Positions 1 through 12,663 of a stretch of 64,000 nucleotides of DNA are shown here, piece after piece. Position 1 is the stretch's first letter, and each line of letters opens with the position of its first letter. The notes beneath the pieces were generated by a model that was given only the letters and a program-made list of their open reading frames with translations, did no database searches and was not told where the DNA came from. Source of the stretch: Euprymna scolopes (lineage: Eukaryota); the NCBI GenBank assembly GCA_053919585.1, contig CM132812.1. One strand, given 5' to 3'. A program made the translations under genes and the position numbers.

Positions 1-639
1 TCGATGTAATCTTCGACTGTCTTCAAGGACAAGTAGCGCAAAAGTTACAGTACTTGAAGAAATCAACTGTAAAAGCGATGTTCTCCTGAAGGGTTGAAGA
101 TTAAACCTCTATCCAGTTATGGTTTACGGAAAAGAAACATGTAACCATCGTAAAGTAAATAAAGAATTTCGTTCAAAATCCGTCCAAAATCCAGAGTTCG
201 AGATAAATATTCCCGATTTCAAGAAGATACGCCTGAAGAAGCTCAGAGGTTATATCCACCAGAACGTTGTGAATATCACACTCAAGTCGCGTAATGAATC
301 CAAACAATAGACTAATCAATCCTTATCTTAAAAATTCAGAAAAAGGCGAGTTATGATGAATTTATTTTGAATTTATTACCAATGGAAAGCCTGATCAGCA
401 TTTAATTGTAATCGAATTTGAAAAAAGAAATCATTGAGAGTATTTGTACGACATTTTGCAGTCGTTTGTTCTCTTCGATGGTCACTATTTGACTCCTGGT
501 CATTTCATTATACCTCCTTCAGGCCGCAAATCTACTGATGGGCAAGTAAATGCTTATAAAACTACTAAATATCATCTTACAAAAACCCGTGCTCACATCG
601 GCACTCATTTTCCCACGGCTTCCAGGCACAACAAAAACG

Positions 640-1110
640 GTTAGACACAAGTAGCCCACACTACACGACTGGAAGCAGTTAAACAACACTACAGGACAAC
701 ACAGTTGGCTCACACTATAGTGTTCGACACAGGTAAACCACACTACACGACAAGACACAGCTAGCCCATACTACTCGGCTAAACACAGCTAATCAACACT
801 ACACAGCTAAACATCGCTACCAAGACTACACGATCAAACATAAGCAACCAACACTATACGATAAGACACAATTAGCTTGCAAATAATTAAATAGTTAGCT
901 CACATTGTACAACTTAATACAGCAAGTCCATGACTAGATGCAGTGAACCTACACTACACTACTACACACTGATAGCACCCACTAATACGGCTAGAAACAG
1001 CTCAACTACAAGACAGGACAGAGCTAAACCACACTATACGACTACACACAAACACTACACTAGACACACTCAGCATTTGCTACACGATAGACACACCTAA
1101 CCGTCACTAG
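640..1110. repeat. Degenerate tandem repeat, ~26-27 bp unit (approx. acactacacgactagacacagctaacc)
   Basis: Recurrent acactacacga / agacacagct motifs at roughly 26-27 bp spacing, heavily diverged. Confidence 0.75.
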
Positions 1111-1134
1111 GCAACGACGCTAATCCTAAAAAAA

Positions 1135-1690
1135 TACCGGATCGAATTTTAATTTAATTCTCTCCATACCCTTACCACGCACGTCACAAAAGACCGACTG
1201 AAATATTTTTATGTCTCTATTTAACGACCAGTACAACTTTAATAAAGTTAGACGGGAAATGTATTTTAATAGCCTCATTTAATTTGCATAAAGTTCAACG
1301 CGATTCACATTTCAATCGCTACATTTAACGACGGCGACAATTTCCATAAAGTTCGACCCGAATCGTATTTAATATCTCAATTCTACGGCGACAATTTGAT
1401 ACAGCTAGAGCCAAATCGTATTTTAATCTATCCACATGACGACGACGATTTATATCATAAAGTTCGACCCGAATATTATTTTAATCGCTGCATTTTACGA
1501 TGAGAACAATTTTCGTAAGATTCTGCTTTAATTGCAATTGTAGCCATTTCACAACGTATCTGTGTTAAGTCTGACTACCGTATGTGAATTTCAACTTCTC
1601 TATAGCACGGTGCTATTTATCAAACATGCGATTCTAATTGTAATTTATTCTCCTCATTCTATGATAATGACAATTTGCAACAGCAGACTG
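1135..1690. repeat. Degenerate tandem repeat, ~57-60 bp unit (ataaagttcgacccgaatcgtattttaat...acgacgacaattt)
   Basis: ataaagtt(c)gacccgaat / gtattttaat / acgacgacaattt recur at ~1240, 1290, 1345, 1400 and 1457. Confidence 0.75.
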
Positions 1691-1899
1691 ACCTCGGTCT
1701 TCTAAATTTTACATTTATTCCGGAATATATTTTTATGTGTTAGACAAAAACAAATTGCCAGCATACGCACGATATTAATCTTGTTCTCTTCGCTGCCAAC
1801 AACTCAACTCCTGTTCTCTCACATTCGGTCTCATCATAACGGGTTTGCAGAGCAACTAATTAATTGGGGTGCAAATGAATGCATATCAAACTACAGTAA

Positions 1900-3045
1900 A
1901 TATTTCAAGGTCGTCATTTTTTGAATTATATAGATTGGGTAAAGCTCAACTTTTCCAGAGGCTTGGCGACTCTTGCAACCCATTCATTAAGAATATCCGA
2001 CCAACAGTAATATCTGGTCGAAGATGGAAGACCATCCAAGCTACAGAAGATGCAGAATGAACCTTTAGAATGAAAAAAAAATAATCGGTGCTGTGGCATT
2101 TGGGAGAGGAGGTTTCGGCCTATACCCACACCATTGGTTGTCCAAAAAACCTTCTGTAAAGCAGGAAAAATGGTAACGGCTGCGATTTCTTATGTTGAGC
2201 AAGCCAAACGCATTAGGAACGCTGTAGGTAAAACTAAACAAAGCACATGGAGCAATGGAGCAAGTGAGAGACTGGTAAAAAACAGACGCGACCTCAAATA
2301 CAAAATAAAATAAAAATTCCGATTTCTTCTAAAGGCAGCCTACAATATCATAACAACCCCAGTTAAGTTTGAGGCTTGATTGTTAACTACATCCGATCGA
2401 TGAGAAGCATGTGAGAAAAATGTCAAACCCAAACGAGTATTCACAACAGAAACTACACCTTGCGAGTATTCACAGCACTCATTTACTGGATACCAGTATT
2501 CACAACAGAAACTACACCTTGCGAGTATTCACAACACTCATTTACTGGATGCGAGTATTCACAACAGAAACTACACCTTGCGAGTATTCACAACATTCAT
2601 TTACTGGATGCGAGTATTCACAACAGAAACTACACCTTGCGAGTATTCACAACACTCATTTACTGGATGTCAGTATTCACAACAGAAACTACACCTTGCG
2701 AGTATTCACAACACTCATTTACTGGATGTCAGTATTCACAACAGAAACTACACCTTGCGAGTATTCACAACACTCATTTACTGGATGCGAGTATTCACAA
2801 CAGAAACTACAGCTTGCGAGTATTCACAACATTCATTTACTGGATGCCAGTATTCACAACAGAAACTACACTTTGCGAGTATTCACAACACTCATTTACT
2901 GGATGCCAGTATTCACAACAGAAGCTATACCATGAAACGTAAAGATATAGTAAAGATTGTTGCGCGGCTTCAAAGATATATCGGGTGGCTACCTTTAAAC
3001 CGCAAAATATCACCAGTAGAAATATTTATTTCGTTACGAAAATGA
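1900..3045 (+). mobile_element. Decayed Hero/NeSL-like non-LTR retrotransposon (RLE type), post-RT region and zinc knuckle
   Basis: Frameshifted translation ELYRLGKAQLFQRLGDSCNPFIKNIRPTVISGRRWKTIQATEDAE / IIGAVAFGRGGFGLYP / KFRFLLKAAYNIITTP / SDR*EACEK / FTGCQYSQ / RSYTMKRKDIVKIVA follows the Hero-type consensus (GRKW..AE..GRAGLG..RFLL..YD.LP.P..CxxC..H.LTGC..RY.WRH). Confidence 0.8.
2436..2930 (+). repeat. 59-bp minisatellite, ~8.5 copies, made of alternating 29- and 30-bp subunits sharing gagtattcacaaca
   Basis: Unit gagtattcacaacagaaactacaccttgc + gagtattcacaacactcatttactggatgc; it explains the three overlapping ORFs at 2411-3045. Confidence 0.97.
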
Positions 3046-3725
3046 AGACAGTTAAGAATATTTATGTAGGTAGGACATTGCTTGAATGTTTCGGGGACCG
3101 GTACTTTGCATTTTACTTAGAATCGTATTTCTAAATAAAATAACGTTAACGGATAAGCGTCCGTATATCCTCATTATGTCCATAAATTTTACAAAAAGAT
3201 TTCGTCATTTAATTAATGGTGACAGTTGAATAATCATTTTGACTGGGCACACCAACGCAGGATGACAGGATATAAATATCTACGAAGAGAATGTGTCAGA
3301 AATTGATACTCTATCGATATCGGATTCCAAATGTTGTTTTGGAAACAAAGCCTCTATCGAAGGAATAAATTTGATTATTCTCCTACACACAAGAAAATAG
3401 AGGAAATTAAAGACAAATCTCTCAGCATCAACGTTGATATGGTAATTCCAATTAGTGAAGACAATCCAACAGAGTCTGGTATTATTGTGAGATACTGCTG
3501 GCACGCTCTAGACTACGAGTAATGCGGTTTCCTTCCCGAAACTATGACTGGACACACGTCATCGTCCGATTAAGTCATAGTTGAATACATGACTGTTATG
3601 CAAGCAACAAATGTTGCATCAAATGTATAAAAATATATATATACATATATGTATGCGTATGTTTTATAGCGTACGCATATATATAAATAGATATGCACCC
3701 AAAATTGCCCACTAGTCAAACGCAA

Positions 3726-3787
<62 letters not shown>

Positions 3788-5589
3788 TTATAATGGAATA
3801 ATTTCAGGAGGAAATCCGGGTATGAGAGCTCAATGTGGTAAACAGAGCAATAACATGAAAATATAGCACGGAAATTACATAATTGTCGATGCAATAATTT
3901 ATTTCAACCTTATGGTATTTTCAAGCATCTAAACTAGACAATTACATTTTTGATACTGAAATAAAGAAAGAAAAAGAATCGGGCCTCGACCGTCAAAAAA
4001 CAGAGGGGGTGGTAGTAGCAATCCACTTAATACATTTTATAGAGAGGGTGGGAGGGATTTAAAAAACAACAACAACAACAACATTATGACACTTATAAAC
4101 GGCTGTCCGGTAGCTCGACGAAACAACAGACACATACACACACACACACACGCAACACACACACATACACACATACACACACACGCCCCTAAATATGCAC
4201 GTTCTTACACGTAAATGCATTGACACGCGTTTACTAACCTAGGAAGAAGAGGAAGAAATATACGGATATAGAGAGAAGGAAATAAAATAAACTGCGCGTA
4301 AGGGAAAGAGAAGAAGAAAGAAAAAAGAAGAGAGTGACCATCCGCTGCCTGTCATATGGTTTCATTAGTCTAGAATCTCTGAGAAAGAGAAGGGAAAGAA
4401 AATGGAGATTATACGCGCGGCATAGAGTTAATTGAGTTATGGAAAGTAAGTCTATTAAAAGATAAATATTTTTTTTTTAATTATATACAAAGTTTTAAAA
4501 TTATCTGTATGTTATCATGTTAAAATTAGTTAGAAATAAATATTATCTTATAATACATTTAAATATTGTATTTGTAATATATTACTATGAATTCAATAAA
4601 TTGAGTCTTATGTAGTTAATATTTTATATATTTTTATGTAATTAATTTTATTGGTGATTATAGCGGTCGTTGTAATTTTGCTCACTAATATTTCACTTTC
4701 TAATTGATTAAGATGCAGAAGATTGCATTATTAGTCGACCCCAATTCCATAGGGCGTATATAGTTTCGGTTAATATATACTTTTATTCATTCCGTACACA
4801 AAAGTACTCTCATGCACGCATAAAGAAATAAATGAAATAGTTAATGTTTTAAAGTTTTGTGTTAATTTATATTAAATCTAATAATGTCTAGTGGTAGTAT
4901 TTGATCTTTTTTACTCAAATCAGTTTAATAACTAATGTATTATCTGCAGAGGAAAATTATTTTCTTAAAGCTATCTCATTTATTTATAAGTAATTTGGAT
5001 AAACAGGCACTTCGGAATAAATACACCCAACTTAGATTTCGGAAAACAAATGTCATCAAGTCGTTATTACCGAGTATATACCGGACAGCACTATAATTGC
5101 CAGTGGGGTGGGTTGGGAGGGTTTATCGTATATAATCTAATGGTATAAAATTCGGTCTCTTTACCGTTATAGATTTATCTGTTCGTCGGATCTGGAGTTA
5201 TGGGTTATTTTAATTTACATTTATGTCTACATCTGGCCATCAGTTCATCTCGTTTATTTAAGATATTATTGTGTTCGTACTTCAGGATTCTAATTTAAAA
5301 AAATAACACAATCCACTTTGTTTTTTATACAGTACATCAAACAGCATAGAAAATGAAGTTATGTTATTTGTTCGAATTATGTATCAATATGTTTGTGAGT
5401 GAGTGTCACACGGATCAACTCGTGTAAATTCCGAATACACAGTATGAATACATTTCTATTTTATTTTATTTCTTGAATAGAAATATTCTATAATTTTATT
5501 TCCAACATCCGAATTAAAAAGCATGCAATTGGGGGGGGGGTATTACTGTCACTGTTTTCAGGAATTTTTTATTATCGAAATACTCTCGC

Positions 5590-8500
5590 AGTTCAAGCCG
5601 TTAAGAATACCTAATGGATGACATGAATACTTTTCTATGTTTCATTTATTTCTCATTTTTAATAGCATGTACCTATTATTTCATTCTCAATAAATATGTG
5701 CTTATTAAATCTAATGCTAATTGCCTGGAAGCATTTCGTAACATATAATCAACTACGCAAACAGTTTTCTCACGTAAAGGATTATTTCGTTTATTTCCTA
5801 GTTGGCATTGTATTATATATTATGTAAAAAAAAATACCCAAAGCGGGCTGTAATCTTCATTATTTTCAATGCAAGCCACATTTATATTACACATTTAAAT
5901 TATACACAGGATGTTAAAATAATCGATGGTATAACTTTGGAATCTAATTCGTTATAAAAAAATATCCTTTCTGTGGATGTTTTTTTTTTTGTCAATAATA
6001 TTAAGGGCAGTAAACACTTGGGGGTATTTCCTCACAGAATAGAACACCTGCCCTCTGATATAATGCACAATTATTTGAAATTATTCCTGAAATGAAGGAA
6101 AAATTTGGCCGTTGTGGAGTCTCAATTTTACTCGTATTGCAGACATAAGCACTATTCTGTATCCGCGTATATTCATTTATAGTGTGTGTGAAAACACCTG
6201 TTGTAAATAATTAGAAATAAACTAATATAAAAATTGTATGATTAGATTCATACAAGACGAGGGGCTCTACGGATATTTTATGAATATTTTTAATATGTAA
6301 GGAAACAAGAAAAAATAGTGTTGATTGTTTTTTTTTTTACCCGAAAACCACGTTTACGGAGCGAACTTTTTCATACGATGGTCGTTTCAAAAGTAAAGCT
6401 TTCTATTTTTAACTCAGATTGTTAATAAGCTCCGAAAACAAGTGTGAATCCATGAAAACGAGGTACTTTTTGTGTTTCAGAATTTATTTATTTACATATT
6501 CACAATTATTGTCAATGCACTTTTGCCAGGAATCTAACGATATATCCGACGTGCGTCCATGACAAGTGTTGTTTTTTTGGAGTCTCATGTCTCAATATCT
6601 GTAACACAAATATTCACTTTTGCCAGAAATTCTATGAGGCATCTTTGTTTTTGATGCACGTCCCTGACATGAGTTATTTCCTGTGTCGTACACAATCAGT
6701 ATCTGCAACTGAGAGATAAAACTGTTAATAGGTTAATCTAGGAGACATTACATTTGAAACGAAACTCGATTACTCTAAATCAATATATTCTCATACGTTA
6801 GAGACTCTAGGCGCCCAGCAAAGCCAATCAATTGACGCATTCATTTACGTATACATAATATCATTTTTTGCGTTGTTTGCTATTCCTCTGGAAAACAATA
6901 ACCATTAATTTTTTCCATGCAACATAAACGGTAATATCTCGATTATTTGTATTTCACTTTAATAATATAAGCACAGATACAGTTAAGTTATTCCATATGC
7001 AACGCAAATGTTTCATTTTTGAGAAAAACACGTCGGATACATGTTTCATATAAACTCGTCTATCTTTATGTTTCCGAATATTTTTATCGAGTTTTATAAA
7101 TTCCTATGTTGCTCATATTGTATTAGATTTTTCTGAACATGCAGAAATATAAATGCAATGCCGAGCGATATCTCATTATATCCGTTGCGATATTTCTTTA
7201 TACAATGAAAGTATGATTTAAGAAAATTGCAAGGTTTTATGTATAGAGATCGGCGATAGGAACTAACCAATCAAATGGATCTACGTTTAGCCAGAAACTT
7301 ATACACAACCGAAATTGCTGCATAAAAATATTGGATATTGCAGAGTTCCCGCACAAAATATTTCGTGTCCACATAAGAAATATATTTGCTCTTTGTCTGC
7401 AATTTTTGAAATTCCAAGGCTTATACAGATCAGTTACCCACTGTAAATTCATTTTTATCTCCAGGACTTGTACAGCTCAGCTACTCACTGAAAACCTTTT
7501 CATCTCCAGAACTTTTAAAGATTAGCTACTCAAATTAGATATAGCTACGCAATTCCCTATATAACATTCCTGTAAGCATGATTCTTATTTCAAGGTAGCT
7601 CCTTACACCTCCGTGGCAATATGCTTATTTAAGGTGAATAAAAATAAATTCCAAAAGCCAGCAGTCAAAGGAAAGAACTGTGACATGAACATTTTTCTAT
7701 GTCGTATCATGTATTCCTATTCAATAGTAATTATCTGTTATTGTATTCGCATTGAATAGATGTGTATTAAATATAATGCGAATTGCCTTGAAGCATTGTG
7801 TAATATATATTCATAACCAACTAATTGTATTTCATAAATAATTACTTCGTTTCTTTTCATTGCATTATATTTTTATGTAAATAACACATAAAGGCCACGT
7901 AATAAGCATTACCTTTAATGCAAGTCACATTTATCTTATAGATTCCACAGAATGGTAGGATAATCAATGGTTTAAGTGTTTGCTTCTATTTTTCATTAGA
8001 AAAAATCGCTTCCTTATGTGGACTTTGTTTATGTAGTAAACACTAGGAGACAAATAACCTGAGGTGCTTCTTATCATAGTATGGCTCACCAATCCTGAAA
8101 CATTATTTGTAAGTATTACATGAATTGGATAGAGAGTTTAACGTTGCATGGCCTTGGTTTTACTCATACTACACCATTCTCTATCCATGTGCAGTCATTA
8201 ATAGTGATAGAATGAAAACCCCTGTTGTAAATAAGAAGTAAAAATCATATAAAATGCAAACGATTATAAATAATCACACAAGACGAAAGACTCTACATAT
8301 AAATCATATTTTATCTATATTTCCATGTAACGAAAGAGGGATAAATAGTGTAGACCACATTTACCGAGGTTTGTCATATGATTGTCATTACAAAATTAGA
8401 GCCTTTTAGTTTTAAAGTAAATTTTTAAGAGCTACGAAAACAAAAGCGATTCTATTAAAACGATTGATGATTTGTGCTGAAACAATGTATTTTTCCGCAT

Positions 8501-9125
8501 CGTAAAAAATTTTAATGCACTTTTGCCTGGAATTATATGAAGCATCCGACGCACGTCCATGACAAATGTTGCTTCCTAAGAGTCTCACACCGTCAATATC
8601 TACAGCATAAAAATGCACTTTTGTCAGGGATTCTATGATACATCTCTGCTTCTGATGCATGCCCATAATATGAGGTACTTTCTTATGTCGCATACCGTCA
8701 GTATCTGCAACACACATGAAACTTTTAGATCATGAATTCATAAGGTCAGTCAAGGCTGCACTACATTTGATATGGCACTCGTTTGCTTATACCCATGCGT
8801 TAGAGACTTCATGCTCACAGTAAAACAATGTATTGGCGCATTGATTTGCGGATATATAATCTTGCCTTTTGCTTACATGTATACTCTTCAGGAAAAAAAT
8901 AACCATCGATTTGCCAGGCGACATAAACGTTACTCTCTCAAAGATTGGCTTTTCACGTTAATAATATAACCAAAAATACAATTATATGACCCCAAATGTT
9001 TTAGTTTTAGAAGAAAACGTTGGGTAAAACATGTTTCATATGAATCTATCCATTTTTAAGTTCTGAAATATTTGTTATGGAGTTTTATATATCTTTATGT
9101 CTCTAATATGTTATTGCTTTTCCCG
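5590..9125. repeat. Old direct duplication of ~1.5 kb (5590-7140 vs 7660-9125)
   Basis: Colinear matches, e.g. attgcctggaagcatt/attgccttgaagcatt, cctgttgtaaataa in both, aatgcacttttgcc..atccgacg..cgtccatgacaa, cagtatctgcaac, acatgtttcatat. Confidence 0.9.
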
Positions 9126-9350
9126 TGCGTTTTCTTACTAATATTTGCATGTATTTCTTTGCTATTTAAGTTAAATTCCAGATTAAATAATTTACAATGT
9201 ATAGTTCATTGTAAAAAAAAATTCAGTTGAACTTAATAATAAGATAATGTATATCAAACACCATTAAAAGTTTTTTTATTTGAATAGAGAAAAAAATTTG
9301 GTGTGAATCTGGCCCTCATAATAATTGTTTTTCTTATTATAATATATATA

Positions 9351-12337
9351 CGTTGCCGGAAAAAAGAAAGCCCGCACTAGTAATTTTTTTCAAAAACTGC
9401 AAATTAAAACTAAATTTAATGGAACTGTTCAAACAACCTACGAGAGGCGTGCAATTAGTAATGCCCCTGACCCACTTTCAGTTGTCTGATCTAGCTGAAA
9501 TTTTGAATGTGCAATGATTTATATCTCTACGTGTTATGTGGAAAATTATAAAGCTGAACTAATTGTGGTTTCTGTTTTACAGGTGGTTGAACTGAGTCAG
9601 GTGTAAAATGGAGCCTGTTGAATGTCAAGCAATGATCAGGTTTTTGTATTTGAAAGGACGTACACCACAGTAGACTTTTGATGAAATGAAAAAAACATGG
9701 TGATAATGCCCCATCATATGATCTTGTAAAACGCTGGCATCGTAAATTCAAACATGGCCGGAAGTCTCTGGAAACAGCTCCCAGACCTGGTCATTGATGA
9801 GGCATCTGCCCGTCAAGTTGAGGCTGCCATTTTGAAAGATCGGCGCATTACTATTCGCTAAATAGCCCAATATGTTAAGATTAGTACAGAGTCCGTGGAA
9901 ACTATCATTCATGACCATTTGCATATATAAGGTATCCGCCAGATGAATTCCCAGGTTGCTCACACCATTCCAGAAGCGAGAACGCGTCGAGTGCTCGAGG
10001 ATGAATTTGGAGATGTGCCAAGACGATGAGTCAAAGTTTTTCCAAAGACTGATTACACAGGATAAAACCTGGGTCCATCACTATTATCCAGAGACCAAAG
10101 CCCAGTCAATGAAGTGAAAGTACTGTGACTCACCACCTCCAAAGAAGGCAAGAGTGCAGCCCTCCGCTGGCAAGGTCATGCTCACAGCCTTCTTGGGCCA
10201 GGACGGTGTAGTGATGACAGACTTCCTCTTTCTACTCTCAAGAGCAGATTAAAGGAATTTAATTTGCGACCATATGTTGCAAGACGCAAACCAATGATTT
10301 ATGTAAAAAACAGAAAGGTACCACTATTACAGGGGCCTATTATGCTCTACTTTTGAGGAAATTAATGGAATCTATCAAAATCAAAAGTGGGGCAAGATCA
10401 GCAAAGGTATCCTCCTCCTGCAGGACAACGCTCCGGTCCACAACTCGCATGTCGCAAGATCAGAAGCACGGGCGTGTGATTATGAAATCCTACCCCATCC
10501 TCCCTACTCTCCTGATTTTGTACCTTTTGATTTTCACCTCTTCCAAGCCATGAAGTTGTTTTTGAAAGGAAAGCGTTTCCTAGATGATGCAGCCTTGATT
10601 TCTGAAGTCAGTTGTGGTTGGAGGACAAACCTAGGACATTCTACAAAAACGGTTTGCGGAGCTGCATCAGACGATGGGAGAAATGCATAACTCTGTGTGG
10701 TTCTATGTGAAGAAAGACTAATAAGTCTGCCAAGTTTCGTTGTTCTACTGCTATGGGAAGTGGGTCAGGGTCATTACTTATTGCACGCCCCTCATTTACT
10801 TCATTTGATTCGCCTTTTATTCCTCCAGAATCATACCTGTTCATATTTGACTTTTAATGGAAATATTCTAGTGTTCACGTCAATTTATAAAAATTACTTC
10901 AAATTGAGGAGGCAAGAAGAAAGTTTCCAGCAACAAATTCACGTAAGACCAGCTTAAGTTATCGCCCCTAAATCAGTTTAAAATATCCACAAACTGTCTA
11001 CAAATCATCTCTAATCGTAATTGTTGTTGTTCCAGGTTATACAACAGACCATTTAGTCCATATGCCACGACTCTCTCTTAGTGATCGTTAGGAGCTCATT
11101 AATGTCCACCTTTCTGATTTATCCAATCCAGAAATCGGCCACATATTGAAATGTGATGAGAAAACGGTACCAAACACCGGCAGTGTTCGTGATGCCCCTA
11201 AATCTGGTCGTACTCCAGTTACTTCTAACAGGGACGACAATGCTATGAAGATCCGCAGGCCTAGAAAAATATTTGAAACGGCTCCCCAAATCAAACAACA
11301 GTGCAGTCTTGGAAAAAGTGCTGTCTTTCTACTGTCAAGAGCAGACTAAAGGAATTTAATTTGCGACCATATGTTGCAAGACGCAAACCAATGATTTTTG
11401 TAAAAAACAGAAAGCGCCGTCTGGACTTCGTCAGATGCAATGAAGATCATGTCTCTTCATATTGGTCAAAAGTGCTTTCTAGCGACGAAAGAAAATTCAA
11501 TAGGCTAGGCAGTGATGGTAAGCAGTACGCCCGTCGAAGGAAAGACGAAGAATTTAATCTAAAGTGCTCACTTTAAACGCTGCAAGGTGATGGAGGTTCA
11601 GTTTTGGTGTGAGGAATTATTAGTACCAATGGTCCAGGTCCTATAATTTGCTTGCAAAATCGAATTAATTCGACTAAGTACATTAATATGTTGACTGAGC
11701 ATTTCCTACCCTACTTTGGTTGGAATTTGGATGATAATCTCATCTTCCTGCAGGATAATGCTCCCATTGACACAGCTGGCGATGTCAAGGGGTCCCTGGA
11801 ATAGCATGATATTCCGTGTTTGGATTAGCCTGTACAATCTCCAGACCTCAGTCTCATCGAAAACGTATGGCATTATATCAAGCAACAGCTATGCAATAAT
11901 AAAATTTCAAATTTGGAATAACCTTGGACCAAAGTTAAAGAAAAGTAGAATTCCTTTCCACGGAGTATTGCTGCAGTCAAATTCAAGGAATCCCTAAAAT
12001 AGTGCAGGCTGTCAAATTGCAGAAGGTCTAGGCTACTAAACATTTACTAGTTCATTGTGTTCCTTGTGTATTTGTGCCGAATTAATGTCCTAAAGTTACA
12101 TTTAAATAACAGGTTTCCATTGTGCGGACTTTTTTCGTCTCTTCAATTTTAAGTTATTTTTTCAAATTGACATGAACACTAGAATATTTAAAATTAAGTC
12201 AAATATGGGCAGCTTAAGTTATAGAAGAATAAAGGGCTAATCAAATGAGGTAAAGTTTGTTCAAACAGTTACATTAAATTTAGCTTACATTTGCAGTTTT
12301 TGAAAAAATTAAAAGTGCGGACTTTCTTTTCGTCGCC

Positions 12338-12339
<2 letters not shown>
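9351..12339 (+). mobile_element. Tc1-family DNA transposon (DD34E) with ~220-bp IR/DR-type inverted repeats; transposase pseudogene ~11062-12050
   Basis: Left TIR (9351-9440 plus 10795-10930) is the reverse complement of 12120-12339; inner and outer direct repeats (gacgaaaagaaagtccgcac-like); flanked by TA runs; motifs SDERKFN, LQDNAP, SPDLSLIENVW. Confidence 0.93.
9441..10794 (+). mobile_element. mariner element, full length with decayed transposase (from ~9608), nested in the left TIR of the Tc1
   Basis: TIRs cgagaggcgtgcaattagtaatgcccctgaccca / tgggtcagggtcattacttattgcacgcccctca; MEPVECQAMIRFLYLKG.., ITQDKTWVHHY, LQDNAPVH, HPPYSPDFVP motifs. Confidence 0.95.
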
Positions 12340-12413
<74 letters not shown>

Positions 12414-12504
12414 GAGAGATATAGACAGAGAGAGAGGGAGAGATACGTGTAACTCTCTTTCTCTCTCTATATATATGCGTGAACTGATTCTATTCTACCG
12501 TTAT

Positions 12505-12663
12505 NNNNNNNNNNNNNNNNNNNNNNNNNNNNNNNNNNNNNNNNNNNNNNNNNNNNNNNNNNNNNNNNNNNNNNNNNNNNNNNNNNNNNNNNNNNNNNNN
12601 NNNNNNNNNNNNNNNNNNNNNNNNNNNNNNNNNNNNNNNNNNNNNNNNNNNNNNNNNNNNNNN
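12505..12663. other. Assembly gap; others at 29047-29181, 35285-35412, 42628-42760, 44025-44160 and 51992-52174
   Basis: Runs of N; ORFs containing X are artefacts. Confidence 1.

Noticed and set aside
119-644. Short ORFs at the window start, and 3280-3522, as host exons
   Set aside because: No recognisable domain or consistent splice structure.
2436-2930. CRISPR-like array (constant 14-mer with intervening sequences)
   Set aside because: Only two alternating 15-16 bp 'spacers' recur, there are no cas genes and the context is eukaryotic; it is a 59-bp tandem repeat.
2411-3045. Three overlapping 155-174 aa ORFs as real genes
   Set aside because: They result from a stop-free repeat unit inside a dead retrotransposon.
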